A DNA stretch of 64,000 nucleotides, from contig OZ316894.1 of assembly GCA_973895155.1 (NCBI GenBank), forward strand, positions 3,186,944-3,250,943. Direction: 5' to 3'. The translations under genes and the position numbers were made by a program. The notes under the pieces are model-generated. The model did no database searches. It saw only the letters and a program-made list of their open reading frames with translations, and had not been told where the DNA came from. This document shows, one piece after another, positions 50,701 to 63,150 of this stretch (position 1 is the first letter of the stretch; the number at the start of each line of letters is the position of its first letter). This DNA comes from Marsupella aquatica (Eukaryota > Plantae > Marchantiophyta).

Positions 50701-51543
50701 TCCCTTCTTTCCCCAGCCTTCCCTGGGAAGAAAAAACATTCTAGCTAGTAAGGTCACTTTTGTAGCTCACCTTACCGATGGATGGAGCTACCCCTGTGTA
50801 AAGTTGGTAGGCGAACCGGTCCCTATACTCTTCATTCGAAATTCCACAAACCCGACATTGAAGTGATAAATTATGTATGTACTTCCGATGATAACAACGT
50901 TCCCTAACTCTATGATGCTCTGCTGATAGCCACAAGTCCCGAAAAACAGGAGCTGCGCGGACTTCACTACTCCGACAGCACGAAATCGTGTACGCCGCTC
51001 GGAGACCGTCGTCCAAGGACACGATTCAATCTAGCCAGATGCATTCAGGAACAGCCACACCGGCGCAGTGTCGCAAGGAAAACAGAAAACTCAGAAACAG
51101 AAAAATAAAATAACCATAAAGGGACGATGAGTACAGTCTACCAAACGAGACGAAGAGCCGCATTCAGGAGAGCTCATCACTTCATCAGGGCCAGTTTGCG
51201 ACGATGGACGTATTCTTTCTTGCATAAATTCAGACAGCGATCGGGGCGGATTTCTGTTGGCAAAACGACGAGCCGATGACAGAATGCTGAAATCCAAATA
51301 GTCCGCAATCAATCTCGAGCTCCACAAAATCTTCTGCGCGGTACGAAGAATAGATTTAAGAAAGGAGCCCGCGAGTGTATTTGGTCCGCACGGCAGGGAA
51401 GTCGCGCGCAAAAGTGGGGATCCCCCTCTGTTCGTCGCCGACGCCTGTGTGGCTTTTTGTCGTTGCACGCAGACGTTTAGTCGGCACCTCCTTGGGATAC
51501 ACTCCTCTTCTCGTCGTCTTCTGCTCTATTTCCGAGGAACTCC

Positions 51544-51770
51544 CGTCCCAAGTGCTTTGGAGCGGCCAGTAATAATTGCTTCCACATTAATGCATATAAT
51601 TATTCGGAGTTTCGAATTTTCGCTGTCCCAAGTGCTGTGGAGGGGGCTGTAATAATTGCTTCCGCATTAACGTATATATTCGGAGCTTCGATGTCCCAAG
51701 TGCCTTGGAGAGTTGGAGCGGCCGGTAATAATTGCTTCCACATTAATGAATATATTATTAGGAGTTTCGA
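51544..51770. repeat. Degenerate tandem triplication, ~70-80 bp
   Basis: GTCCCAAGTGC..TGGAG..GTAATAATTGCTTCC.CATTAA..GGAG.TTCGA x3. Confidence 0.85.
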
Positions 51771-52864
51771 TTGCAGATCAAAATGTGACCACATACGCTC
51801 TACTAGTCTACTATAGTACTATGGCACTCCGAACCGTTTAAATCATTAACTCTTATTTCTGAAAGCATGTTTTGATATCTATTTTTGATGGAAATTATGG
51901 AGACACGTGTGTTAGGGAATCAAAATTGGATGTATCTTAATTAATTTAATAGTTAAGGTTATGGATCATAAATTTTTGTGCCACAAAAATTGGTCATATA
52001 TCATGACCATAAGTCACTCGAAACACTAGTGACAAAAATACTAATTGTTTTTACATAACCTAGGAAATAGGGCTGAATAAATATCAAGACATATTCAAAT
52101 TTTATTTTACTAGTTTAAATTAAAGTAGTGGAGAATCTTCCTGACTGAAGAGATTTTTAAGTCTTATGAGAAGCTAATCAAATGGCAAAAAATTGTGAAT
52201 GTTAAACTCTTACAATTAAACTCAAAATTGGGGAAATGTGGCCCATGGGGGTTTCAAATACAATGGTGTCTCAAACATTTTTAAAAATGAACCTTGTGAT
52301 GCCTCGGGCACACTGCAACAGTGTACAAGCCATCATCTTCTCAATTAGTCAAATATAAGTGGGTTCGCAGCACTATATGCAAATGGGGTTTCATGCAAAA
52401 ATTGGACCCGCAACACTCATGGGTGTAGTTGTGCATGAAAATTGACCCTAGTAAAACCTACTTATAAAGTTCTAAAATTCAGAATAAAGTTTTTACTTCC
52501 CAATTTCCTACCAGAGAATCCGTAGTCCTGTAAAGTGCAGAGCGCACCTACATCAACGTCCCCCTACCAGCAAGAAATATTGCCGTGTCATTGTCTGAGG
52601 CGACAGATTAACATGGCGAGGCATTTAGGGCCACGATCGCAGACAAAACAGCATTTCCGCCAAAGTATCAGCACCCGTCAGCGTCGGTGACTCGATGTTG
52701 GCAGGCAGGCTATTTGGCTGACCTCGTGGCGCCAACTTATCGGTGAAGAAAGCTACCCTTCCTACTCCACCTCGCCCGCACCTACTGGACTGTGGTTGGA
52801 GGATACTCGGTCACTCGGATACCTTTGGGGGTTGGTCAGCTTACCGTTTCCGACCAACTCCAGC

Positions 52865-53110
52865 CTAGGGAGTGGTGCTTTTTAATTTTGGTGCCCTCAA
52901 GCCAGGAGGTAGGTGCCCACAGTGTTCCCTTCTGTATTTTGGGTAGTCTAGGGAGAGGTGCTTTTTAATTTTGGTGCCCTCAATCCGGGAGGTGGGTGCC
53001 CACAGAGTTTCCTTCTGTATTTTGGGTAGTTTAGGGAGAGGTGTTTTTTAATTTTGGTGCCCTCAAGCCAGGAGGTGGGTGCTCAGAGTGTTCCTTGTGT
53101 AGTTTGGGTA
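52865..53110. repeat. Tandem triplication, ~82-84 bp
   Basis: TAGGGAG.GGTG.TTTTTAATTTTGGTGCCCTCAA..GGAGGT.GGTGC..TTTGGGTAG x3. Confidence 0.9.
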
Positions 53111-53395
53111 GGTGGCACGATGGCTACACTCCTTCCAGGATTTCATCTCATACATTCCAAGTACTCTGAGATTATATTTGAGGTAGGTGATGGTTATTAG
53201 TGTGTATGACAATAATATTGTAAGACACTAATTGTGGTCATAAGGTGAATAGTGTTCCAGAAACTTCAATTTAAAAACTAGAATGGCACAAGACTAAAAA
53301 TTTGCAATTTTTTTTATAAATGTGCACAATATCTTTCTATACTTTACAATGTACTACTCAAGCGCATTGAGCAAGCTTCAGGAACTTCATAAACT

Positions 53396-54234
53396 ATATA
53401 TCAAACGGCCAAAAAACAGAGGGCGCCAAACCGGGAGACATGATCCCTCAGGCAAAAGACCCAATCAAGGGGGGAGACCACCAAGGGGCCAAGAAAAGCA
53501 AACCCAAAGATAGGAACCCAAACGCCTACCTATCAGCAAACTGGAGAGCCTGGTAAAGCCCCGGGTAAAGCTCCGGTGTGAACTGCATGGGGGGGTCAAG
53601 CAAAGGAATCCTACTAGCGGCCCTAAGACCAACAGCCTCCCCCCTACGAAGAATAGTGAACGCCTGTGCCCGCTGAAGCGCAACAGACACCCTCTGTCTA
53701 AAGAATGCAATGATGACCGACACGGGGGGATAGGGCCTCCGCTCGACGTACTGAACTGCACAAGAGCGAAGAAAACGGTCAAAGGATGGGTGTAGCGCCC
53801 CAAAGACCTCCACGGCAAACGGATAGAAGAGGTCCCCGGGGTACCGCACAGCATAGGCCTCCTCCTTCAGCCGAGCTGCCCTCGCGGCGGCATGGTCTGG
53901 TACATGAGCCGCCGAAGCCACGTTGGCCCCACTAGTCGGATCAGCAACAACGACGTCCCCAAGGGCACGAACACCAGCGCGAGAGAATACCAGATCAGCC
54001 CGACGACGATCAGAAACCCCATCCCGTGGAGGTAACACATGTCTCTGCTCCATCATGACATGGTAACCAGAATCACGGGCAATGGCCGCCACCACGTCCC
54101 GAATGTCGTTGTGGGTCGCAGTCCTCTCACTACCATGACTGCACCTGAGAATGTGAATGCCTTGCCCATCAAGGGGCGCTCCACAGACGCAAGTGGGCTG
54201 ACCCAAGAGGCAAGGGTGAGGAAGACCCAACCGC
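53396..54234 (-). mobile_element. 5'-truncated CRE-like non-LTR retrotransposon with an open zinc knuckle + RLE frame and 13-bp TSD
   Basis: Open frame: RLGLPHP, CVCG..DGQGIHILRC (CCHC), THNDIRD, RRADL..GDVVVADP, KEEAY, FYPFAVEVFG, SVALQRAQA, stop at 53526. TSD AACTTCATAAACT at 53383-53395 and 54235-54247. Confidence 0.9.
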
Positions 54235-54810
54235 AACTTCATAAACTCGTTATGAAAAACTTTGTCAACTGTCAATTCATTATCCGTTTTTTAATATATT
54301 GATCGGGTGACCTCAAACAGTGTCACTCGGTTGAATTTTCATGGGCAACCTATAATTAGTGTGCGTGACACTAATGTGATACTGTAAAGAGTGTAGTTGA
54401 GAAGCCACTCTGTATCATTAGCAAAAGCAAGCGCTAAAGATTTGCATGGAAAGGAAACACTGGTGCCCATGCGTACACTGTTCTCGGCAATCACTGTTAG
54501 TGTAATTCTGGTGAAGCAAATGTTTGGCTACACCCATGAATTCCTGTTAACTAACAAAAACTTTACATGCATGCTAAACAGTAATTTTTGGTCCAATGGA
54601 AAAAAGGTGCGTGCCACAAGTTCTGCATGAAGATCTGTGACCCTGGCATGCATGTATCAGTGTAAACAAGCCCTATTTCCCTCTTATTGTTAGTAGCATT
54701 AATTTCCCACAAATAGCAGTGTGGTTGGCACAGAACAAACTATCCATTAGCATTTGACTAAAGAGATTCATGCGCAGGTCACAAACATAACATACTCCAA
54801 AACACTAATT

Positions 54811-55081
54811 CCCCCTCCACACACAAGGGGTGTGGATGATATGTGTGTATTTGTGGGTGAGGTGTGGTGGTGGAAGTACTGGTTTCTCCTCAGCCCCTAG
54901 CTGGCCTGCTTGGGGGACCTGGTTTAACCCTCTCTCCCTCCTGGTCTAAGTCTCTATCAGATCCATGCGTGTTGTCCCCTTGTGACTACCCTAAATAAAA
55001 TTGCATGCTCTGAAGAGCAGGAAGTCTAATTATACTCTGTTGGATGGGCCAACTTTTGGCTTTCAAGGCAACAAACAAAAA
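54811..55081 (+). mobile_element. Short retroposed insertion with A-rich tail and 12-bp TSD
   Basis: AAAACACTAATT at 54799-54810 and 55082-55093. The insert contains AATAAA and ends TTTCAAGGCAACAAACAAAAA. Confidence 0.65.
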
Positions 55082-55599
55082 AAAACACTAATTTCCAACT
55101 CGAAGTAAAGAGTGTAGCAAGGGAGGCTCTGCCCAACGCCTAGGCCCGGCACCTAGGTTTCAAGCACACCAAAGTTACCTACAATAGGATTCTTTCAGTC
55201 CAAATTCCAGTACACTCATGAGTTTGATCGTGAGATGGACTCCAGCAGGCAGCAGGTGGGTGGCATGAAGAAAGGACCCATAATAATTTGCCAAGCTTGC
55301 TAATGGTCCAAACACTATTCTATAATACAAAGAGTAGGTACCTTTGGATGGTCTCAATGGGAGATTCTGTCAAACATCTAACTTTATTTTGTGAAATATA
55401 ATATCAGAAATATGCTTAGGTGGCGCCTCCTGAATGGGTATGAGAGTGAAAACATCACCACAAAGGTCATCGTTCTCCTTCAATGGTTCCTATTCTTCAA
55501 GGTTAGACTATGGCAAGAGCAATAATTACTGCTCATTACTGCAATTCAGTTCTCAAGTCCTTCTCCCTCCAGTACTTGAAAACCACGGATTGGGATATG

Positions 55600-56260
55600 G
55601 TCAGGATTAGCTTGAACTTGGAACTCGACCTTGGAATTGTGTGTAAGAAATGAGATTAGGATGATCTTCGTAAATCGTAACAAACATTTTGGTGATAAGG
55701 ATGAAGGCAGCGGGTTTTCTATTCCTCAACGTGATCGCCATATAACTCGATCTGTACAGGGTACCGTGAAAGACCTCCTTCACTGTGGAATTGGTCATCG
55801 ATCTTTTCAATTCAGCCCATCGTACTTGGACTGTCCCGCTTGAAGTGTTCGTCTGTACGCTCGAGTTCCGTTTTGCACCGAACGAAAATCCCATCGTAGA
55901 AGCCCAAGTGACTGGCCATTTTATTGGTAAAGAACGCCTGATTGAATGAGTAGCCTCCATACGAAGAATCTTACTCGATGCATTGTCCATTCTTCTCCAT
56001 ACGAAGAATCTTACTCGATGCATTGTCCATTCTTCCCAGATGTCCGTCCAATTCTGCTTCCAGGATCCTGCTGTGAGAATTTCACCGCACCTTCTGTTTA
56101 ACTGGGTTACATCGAGTTGGGGAGAGATGCGTGCTCGAGTCCAAATTCGGTTTGGAGAATTCAACCGACCTTCTGTTTAACTTGGAAACATCGAGTTAAG
56201 GAGAGGTGAGTGCGCGAGTCCAAATTCGGTTTGGAAACTCTATCCCTCTGTTTAGCCCTT
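55600..56260 (-). mobile_element. Degenerate L1-type LINE ORF2 C-terminal (zf-RVT) fragment
   Basis: Across frameshifts the minus strand reads WTDIWEEWTMHRVRFFVWRLLIQ..AFFTNKMASHLGFYDGIFVRC..E.E...HF, like the plant L1 zf-RVT pattern W..IW...PRVRFF.WR...C..C..E...H. Internal 40-bp and ~80-bp tandem duplications are present. Confidence 0.55.
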
Positions 56261-57820
56261 TCCAGTTCCATCTTCATCCCCACTGGTTTGATTCTAATGA
56301 ACTGGTGCTCCGGCACGTTGTCGTGATGATTATGTACAGAAAGCATCGAACTCCTCCGCTCCCAAGTTACGTGCGCTTCTTCTTTCCCACTCTTCATTCG
56401 TTTCTGTTCTTCTTCTAACAGGTGGCGAGGTGCAAGTTCTAGGTGACTTTGCCTGTATTGTCCTACCCATGGATGAGGAGCTTTTGGCAGTCATGGAGTT
56501 GAGGATTGAAAATAATTTTACGTTGTCAGTTTGATTTTTACCATTAATGCCCTAAATCTACAAAGGGAAAAATTATAACGAGAAAACTCACGAAGGGCTA
56601 AGTTAGAAGGAACGGCTTCGGGTAGCGAGAACAAAATGTACTCTATGACAGAGTACATTGTTCGCCTTCTCTCCCAGATTGGCCGGCGTAGATTTCAATA
56701 TCTACCCTAAATAGCTTTAACGTTCGGATAAAATCCACAGTACTTTAGGTGAGAACGATTTTCTGACTCGACGATTTTGTAAGAATAAATCTTTATGCTT
56801 GACGATCATTTTGTGTCAGTTTTGTTGGGCTTCATAGAGAGACCAAAGAGATTGTATGGCAGAGAGTACATTGTTCACCTTCCTTCCACTATGGCTTAGT
56901 CAGGCCATAGATACGGAACAAGGCACTAGCACTTCAACAATAGCTATGCTGGATATTATCTGTACGCTCTGATTTGACTCGATAAATCCTGAAATGGATC
57001 ACTCAGGTTTGCCAGATTTCGATGCCTTTCTCGAAGGAAAATTCTTTTTCTATGACTGTAGCTGGGAAGGGTAAAGTGGTATACCAGGACAACGTCAACG
57101 TTGGGATAGGACCCTTGCATTTCAGCCTGCCACAATTCTTCTTTCGTATGCGAGACACCCCAATTAGGAAATCCTCAAACTCCCAATCGTCTGGGCATGA
57201 AGCTCTATACAAATTCAAGAGACACAAACTAAAAGCACAAAGATGGTGATGCATGGGTTATAAACATAACATGGCCCACAAGCCAATTTACAGTATGTAG
57301 ACAACACGTACAGACCACAATGGATACTTGAGAAAGCCATAAGGTGGTTCACATGAGAGCAGCGTCACTGACATAACCGCAACTGTGATACAATTACAAC
57401 TCTGCTTCCAGCTCTAAAGTTCTCTTACAAGCGGAAGCGGTCTCCCTACAAGAAATAATGAACCGCCACTTCAAACAAGTGTAGTATTCTGATTTACAAA
57501 TAACAGCTCTGCATCATGGGACTGACTAAGCTGTTCAGACTCGGGGCAAATGCTCAGCTAATGATCTGGGGAAAAAAGGATTCCAAAACTCTACCAGCCT
57601 CTTAGGCAATCCTCGTTTGGAATCTCCCATGGATTCTGCAGGACACGTTGCTGTTTTCAAGCATTAGAAGCCAAAAAATAAGGGGCATAATTTACACGAT
57701 TGCAAGCCTCCGGACGGCTGCAACTGGACATGTGACATTATCACTAGAGAATATCTGGCAGCGCCCCCAAGTCAGAACTTGCTGTTGTAACTTGGCAGGA
57801 ATTGAAGAAATATACTTTTC

Positions 57821-60800
57821 TTACCGACCCCTGTGCTCCGCCTGTCTCGCCAGCTGCATGTAGGCGGTTCTCAGATTGTCACTTTCTTTCTGTAGAGCTA
57901 AGTTTTGTAGCTCAAATTCTTCCAGCACGTCACGCAGTTTGGCTTTTTCTTTCTCTAATCCTTCTGTGAGCTCAAGTTGACGACACAAATGCCACTCAAT
58001 TTGCTGTTGATTGCTAATCGTCTCTTCATGCTTCCTCTTTTCAATCTCAAGATCTTCCTTGGCTTGTCTTTCAGTCTTCTGTAACCTAACTTCATATCTA
58101 AGAACCTCTTCCTTTGCGATCCCCAGTTCCACCATCAATTTGTGAACGTTGAGCTGAGCTCGCCTTTCCCGGTGCTCTGATTCGCCAAGTTGGGTCTTCA
58201 GGGCTGCGACCTCGCTCTGCAGAGTAAGAAACTTCGATTCAAGAACGGAATTTTTCTCCTTCTCTTTGTTGAGTTGCGATTTGATGGTTGTTTCGCAATC
58301 AACAGCTTTGTGCCTTGTAACAGCCAGATTGCTTTCCAGAGTAAGTACCCTGGCACGCAAGGTCAGAAGTTGTGTTTGTGAAGCCGAAAGGTCCTGTCCT
58401 CCTTCAGCTAGCTCTAACTGCTTAGTCTTTTCAGCCAGTAATTGCTCCACCTGTGTCAACCTTGCATTAACAATTCCTGTCTCAGAACGTGTTGAAGCCT
58501 CCAAATGACCCTGCTCTTCCTCGTACCGGACCAGCATATCAACCTGCTGCTGACTTTCAATCTCGAGCTCATACTCGACCTCCGCAAGTCTGTGCTTGAG
58601 AGTATCAACCTGTGCGACTAGTGCTGCCTTCTCAGCAGCCAAGAATTCCTCCGCTGCTTTGGCATCTTCAAGTTTTTGCTGGAGACGCCTAATTTTAGCA
58701 GAAACGACTGCGTCTGAGTCAACTCCGCATATGATCAGCAACTCACCCAGCTCCCTCTCATTTTCCTCTAACCTAATCATCAAGTCTTCCATTTTCTTCT
58801 CCATTCGTCCCATTTCTTCCCTTCTCACCATCCTATCGTCCTTGTCTTGTTCCTCTCCTTCATCCCCGAAACACAAGTCAATAAACTCCTGCTCTGCTGC
58901 CCATCCTAACTTCTCCAGCTCAATCTCAGATTTTCGAAGCTGATCCTTGAGAGATATTACAGTTCGTTGCTCTCGTGCTATGTCCGTGCGAGCATGCTCC
59001 AACTCCTCCTTCACCAGATTCACTTCTTCCTCCCTTTCAATTTGGTCACTGAAACTCTGCGCCTCCAATCTTTGGATCTCAACTTCCAATGAAGTGATGG
59101 TCTGGCTAGCTATGAGGCTCTCAGTCTGCAACTTGTCCATGAGACCCAGTTCGGTCTCGCAATCGCAAAGGCGCTGCTGTAGACTCATTAACTCTTGGCG
59201 TGATTGGCCTAAAAAGTCAACAACTACGTCTTTCCACGCCTGCACAGCTCCATTCCCAGACACCTTAGACAGCAACATCTTAGATGTAACATTACTCCAT
59301 GCCTTGATCCTGGTCTCTAGTTCTGTAAAACTAGCTGCATTAGATGTATTGGGTGTTTTCATGAACACTCTCAACAACTTTGTGAGCTCTTCTGTAATTG
59401 ATTCCACAAGTTGAGAAATGTTTTCTATTGACCAGGATTGATTTCGGTTGACACATATAAACTTGTCTTCGAGACCATTTTGGGAATCTCCGGAAACACC
59501 TTCATCCTCTTCTAAAGAGGCAAATGACTCGCTAAACTGAATTTCGGTCATTTGGACGCCCATTAGCAGGGGGCGAGCTTCTTTTGCCACTGAAAGAGCT
59601 GCATCTACATCAAGGGTGCCATTGGTAGATTTACGTTCTTCAGAACTTTGATCATCAGGTATACCAGTATCATTACACGTCTCAGCAGAACTGCTCTCAG
59701 TTGACGTACGAGGTTCCGTCCCTTCTGCGCCTTCCGGGTCTCTGCTCGAACTAGAGGCGTCACTGAGTCTGCATTCGATGATGTGCTGGTCATCACCTTG
59801 ACTAAACGCCGGTGCTTTAGCAAGGTACTTCCTGATATCCCTATGCTCAATACCTTTATTTTGCCTTAGCTGCTCATCTGACGTCTCCTCGGACTGCAAA
59901 CTTTTCAACTCCGACTGCAGTTCCGATATTTTCTGCCTCAAAGTCGCAATCGCCTGTTTCTTCTTAGAATTTTGGATATACATAACTTTTCCGCCTCGGG
60001 CTAGCTCCATTCGAGATAATCCTGCGTCTTTAAGATCATTTACCTTAGGACGCTTGGGAGTACCTAACTGAACCTCCTGCTTCATGTCTTCGACATCTTC
60101 TTCCAAACCGATTATCAGTTTCTCAGCGGCAGGAGTGAACACACGGAGTTCATTTGAGTTCGCTGCTAGTATTCCCTCAAATATATCCTCTTCTGTAAAC
60201 AAGTTCTCGAGCTCCTGGCTATTCTCCGATCTCAGGGGACTATCACCTGGAACACTATATGCTTTCTTCTCCTCCGTTCTCGGGGAAAATTCATCCTCAC
60301 TTGATTGTGCTGTGAGCCCATTTGGAGCAACGCCGTCGAGGCCAAGCCATGCAACTAGTTCTGTTGCCTTCTCTTCGAGAGCATATTTCAGTCTGCCTGT
60401 TGTTACTACTGCTTCATCTAAGGATCGTTTTAGCTCCAAGTTTTCACTCGCCACCTGATCCTGATTTTTACTTAGTTCGTTTAACTGGAAACACAAGAAA
60501 GCAGTGCATGTTAGAATACTTAGCAGAGGACATAATTTACTTCACAAGAAAATCGGTCTTACTCATCATGTGCATAGAGCCCTAAAACAGTGTCTCTTGT
60601 CAATAGTGCGATCATCTTAAGTGGAATCGACAAGGATCCATCTGATCTCTTTGCGGTTAAAACTAATGGTAACTTCGCCTTCAGTGCCTTTGTGGGTTAG
60701 ATCACCAGAACATGGGGCCAAAGGAAAGCTTACATTTCCTCGGAGCTGTTGACAAATCTGAATTTGATCGGCCAACACATCTTCGAGTCTCAGCTTTTCT

Positions 60801-63150
60801 TCGGTGATCGACGCACAGTTAGCTTTCCCCTCCTCAGTTTCCATTTTTGAAGCCTGCAGCTACCAGACGCTAGATTAGGTTTAAACAATGAAAAACAGAG
60901 TTATCATACCTTTTGCACAAGAGTGGACGACTTAAATTTCACAGATTTCGTCATTTCACTGACAACTTCGCCCCGATTCTGACAACGGTGGGAAGTCTCA
61001 CGAGCAGCAGCAGAGAGTAGTCAAATAACGCAGGGAACCACAAGGACTACTTCTGAACCAAAGGAGGAGAGAAGTCACTACGGCCTGAGGTCGATAATTT
61101 GGAAGAACGGAACGCAGGAAATCAGAGGGAAAACAACGACGATTTCAAAATATAACCCACAAAGTAGAACAGCTCGAAAGTGAACCGGGAAGACTCGTAA
61201 GCACCTCTAAAGACCTCCGCAGCTCAATTATCTCCTTCGCCTGACGATCTATCCTCAACTCGTCCTCGCGCCGGCGAGCAAGGGCAAACTCGGCCACTTC
61301 GTGCGCCTGCTTCAGCTGCATAGACGAAACTCCATCAACATCCTTCCTCTCGAAAAGAAACTGAGCTACGAGGAAGATCAAAGTCAGAAGCAGAATCTGA
61401 CGCCCGACCGTTTGTCTACGCTGCTGAACACATCTGGCAGTACTGTTCCTCAAACATCGAATAGTTTTCAGGTCGTACACTTGGGAGTCGACAGAGACCG
61501 TCCTTGACAAAAACTACCGAACTGGATCGATGCAATAAATTCGCAGCTGCAAGTCGTCGTGACTCGTGAAGTATCCAATAACGGAACACGTAGGACCCCC
61601 AAAATCGGATCAGGCACCTATTGAGTTAGAAAGGCGGGTTATGCTGATAAGATACCACCACCATGGTCAATCTCAGTTTGAGGGCATGCTTCCTGTAATC
61701 AATGGGTCGACAGTATTGCGGGAGGCTTTACAGAACAGGGATCAATCATCCAAGGCATGGGATTTTCAAATCGTACACTTGGAGTCGACAGTGACAGTCC
61801 TTGACAGACTACCGAAATGCATCTATGCAATAAATTCGCAGCTGCGAGACTTCGTGAGTCATATAGTATCCATTAATGGCACACATAGGGCCCCTAAAAA
61901 CGGATCAGGCACATTGAGGTAGAAAGGTGGGTTATGCTGATGAGGTCTCACAACCATAGTCAACCGCAGTTTGACGAATGCTTCCTGTAATCAATGGGTC
62001 GCCAGTAGTGCGGTAGGCCTCGCAGGACAGGAATCAATCATCCCAAGCATGGGAAATGTACCGCTGGCTACTCCGACGACGCAATTTTCACATCCGATGA
62101 CATCTAATGTTCCTGCAGCACCGCCGTTCCAGACCTGTCTCTCTCTCTCTCTCTGGGTGCGGCGAAAACCAAGCGATTTGAACTAAACCGAGATCGGCGT
62201 CAGGACGCATTAGCAAAATTCAGAAAAGCCGTTAAAAAATTGGAGCTTCTGGAAACGCGCAAAACACTACAGCATGTGCGAGATACGCGGAAACAGGGGC
62301 AGGAGTATCTTGCCTCAATGTGCCCAGTGCCTCTGTTCGATATCGCACAGTACATCCGTGTTTGACAAGCAGGAAGGCAAATAGTAAAGGGACAATTCCG
62401 GAGCGGTTTGACAGGTGATGCGTAACATGGTGCCCATCGTTGACGAACCACTCTTGAGGTTCAGAATGAGTTCCAGCTCTGAACCTCTGCTGTTGTGAGT
62501 TCGTCTGGTAGACTGGACGAGGCATAAAAGTCATATCATAGGCCGGTATGAATTCCTGATCGATAGGTCGACTGGTTGATGCGTTCAGATTACCCACTGA
62601 TGAAAAAGGGGCTTTAAGCGCTATAGAACGGAGACGTGTTGGGTTGAAAGCCGCCAAAATTCTTTTGTCCGTTGGGAATTAGAGTCTTTCACATAGACAT
62701 CCAACCAGGATAAGAAATAAACTGCCGTTTGCATCTTTAATCGGAACGCACGAGACAGTGGAAGAGCGCATAGGGTGTGGTTGATTATTACAGAGGGTTG
62801 ACGACCTGTCGCCTTCACCATTGCAGGAGGATTGTGGTTTGCCTTGCTTTGCTTTGATTGCTTACCTGAAGGCTTGCAAAAGAAGCTCGCCAATCTTCCA
62901 TGTGCTCGGAGGTTTCCCGTTCATGGAGGAGGTTCGCATTCGCATCGGCAATCCTGAATTGGAAATCCAAAAATTCCTCATCACTTTCGGACGACGAGCC
63001 TTCGTCTAGTTCTAAAAATGCCTCGACAAGACCAGCAGGAGTTGTTGGCTCTGTTCCAGTTGTGGTTGGCGTTGCCGATGTTGCTGCCGCTGCTGCTGGT
63101 GCGAAGGTGTTCTCATTCATACTTTGAAAACTGTTTTCCATGGACGTCAT
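57821..63150 (-). CDS. Large acidic coiled-coil protein of unknown family, at least 4 exons, ~1074 aa
   Basis: Manual model with all phase-0 GT-AG introns: 63150-62866, 61360-61205, 60853-60734, 60484-57821. The 2.66-kb open exon is E/L/K/Q-rich with heptad character. A possible alternative end uses donor CG|GTAAGA at 57825 to a short exon 57635-57602. Extra or upstream exons are not excluded. Confidence 0.78.
61462..62050. repeat. Intronic tandem duplication, ~300 bp x2
   Basis: TCGTACACTTGG(G)AGTCGACAG.GAC.GTCCTTGACA...ATGCAATAAATTCGCAGCTGC...GGATCAGGCAC...ATGCTTCCTGTAATCAATGGGTCG at ~61473 and ~61771. Confidence 0.88.

Noticed and set aside
53526-54275. 249-aa ORF as a host gene or auxilin-like protein
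   Set aside because: The motifs are those of an RLE retrotransposon C-terminus, and the TSD shows that the first residues derive from flanking DNA.
58190-60585. Plus-strand Ser-rich ORFs
   Set aside because: Antisense shadows of the Glu/Leu-rich coiled-coil exon.
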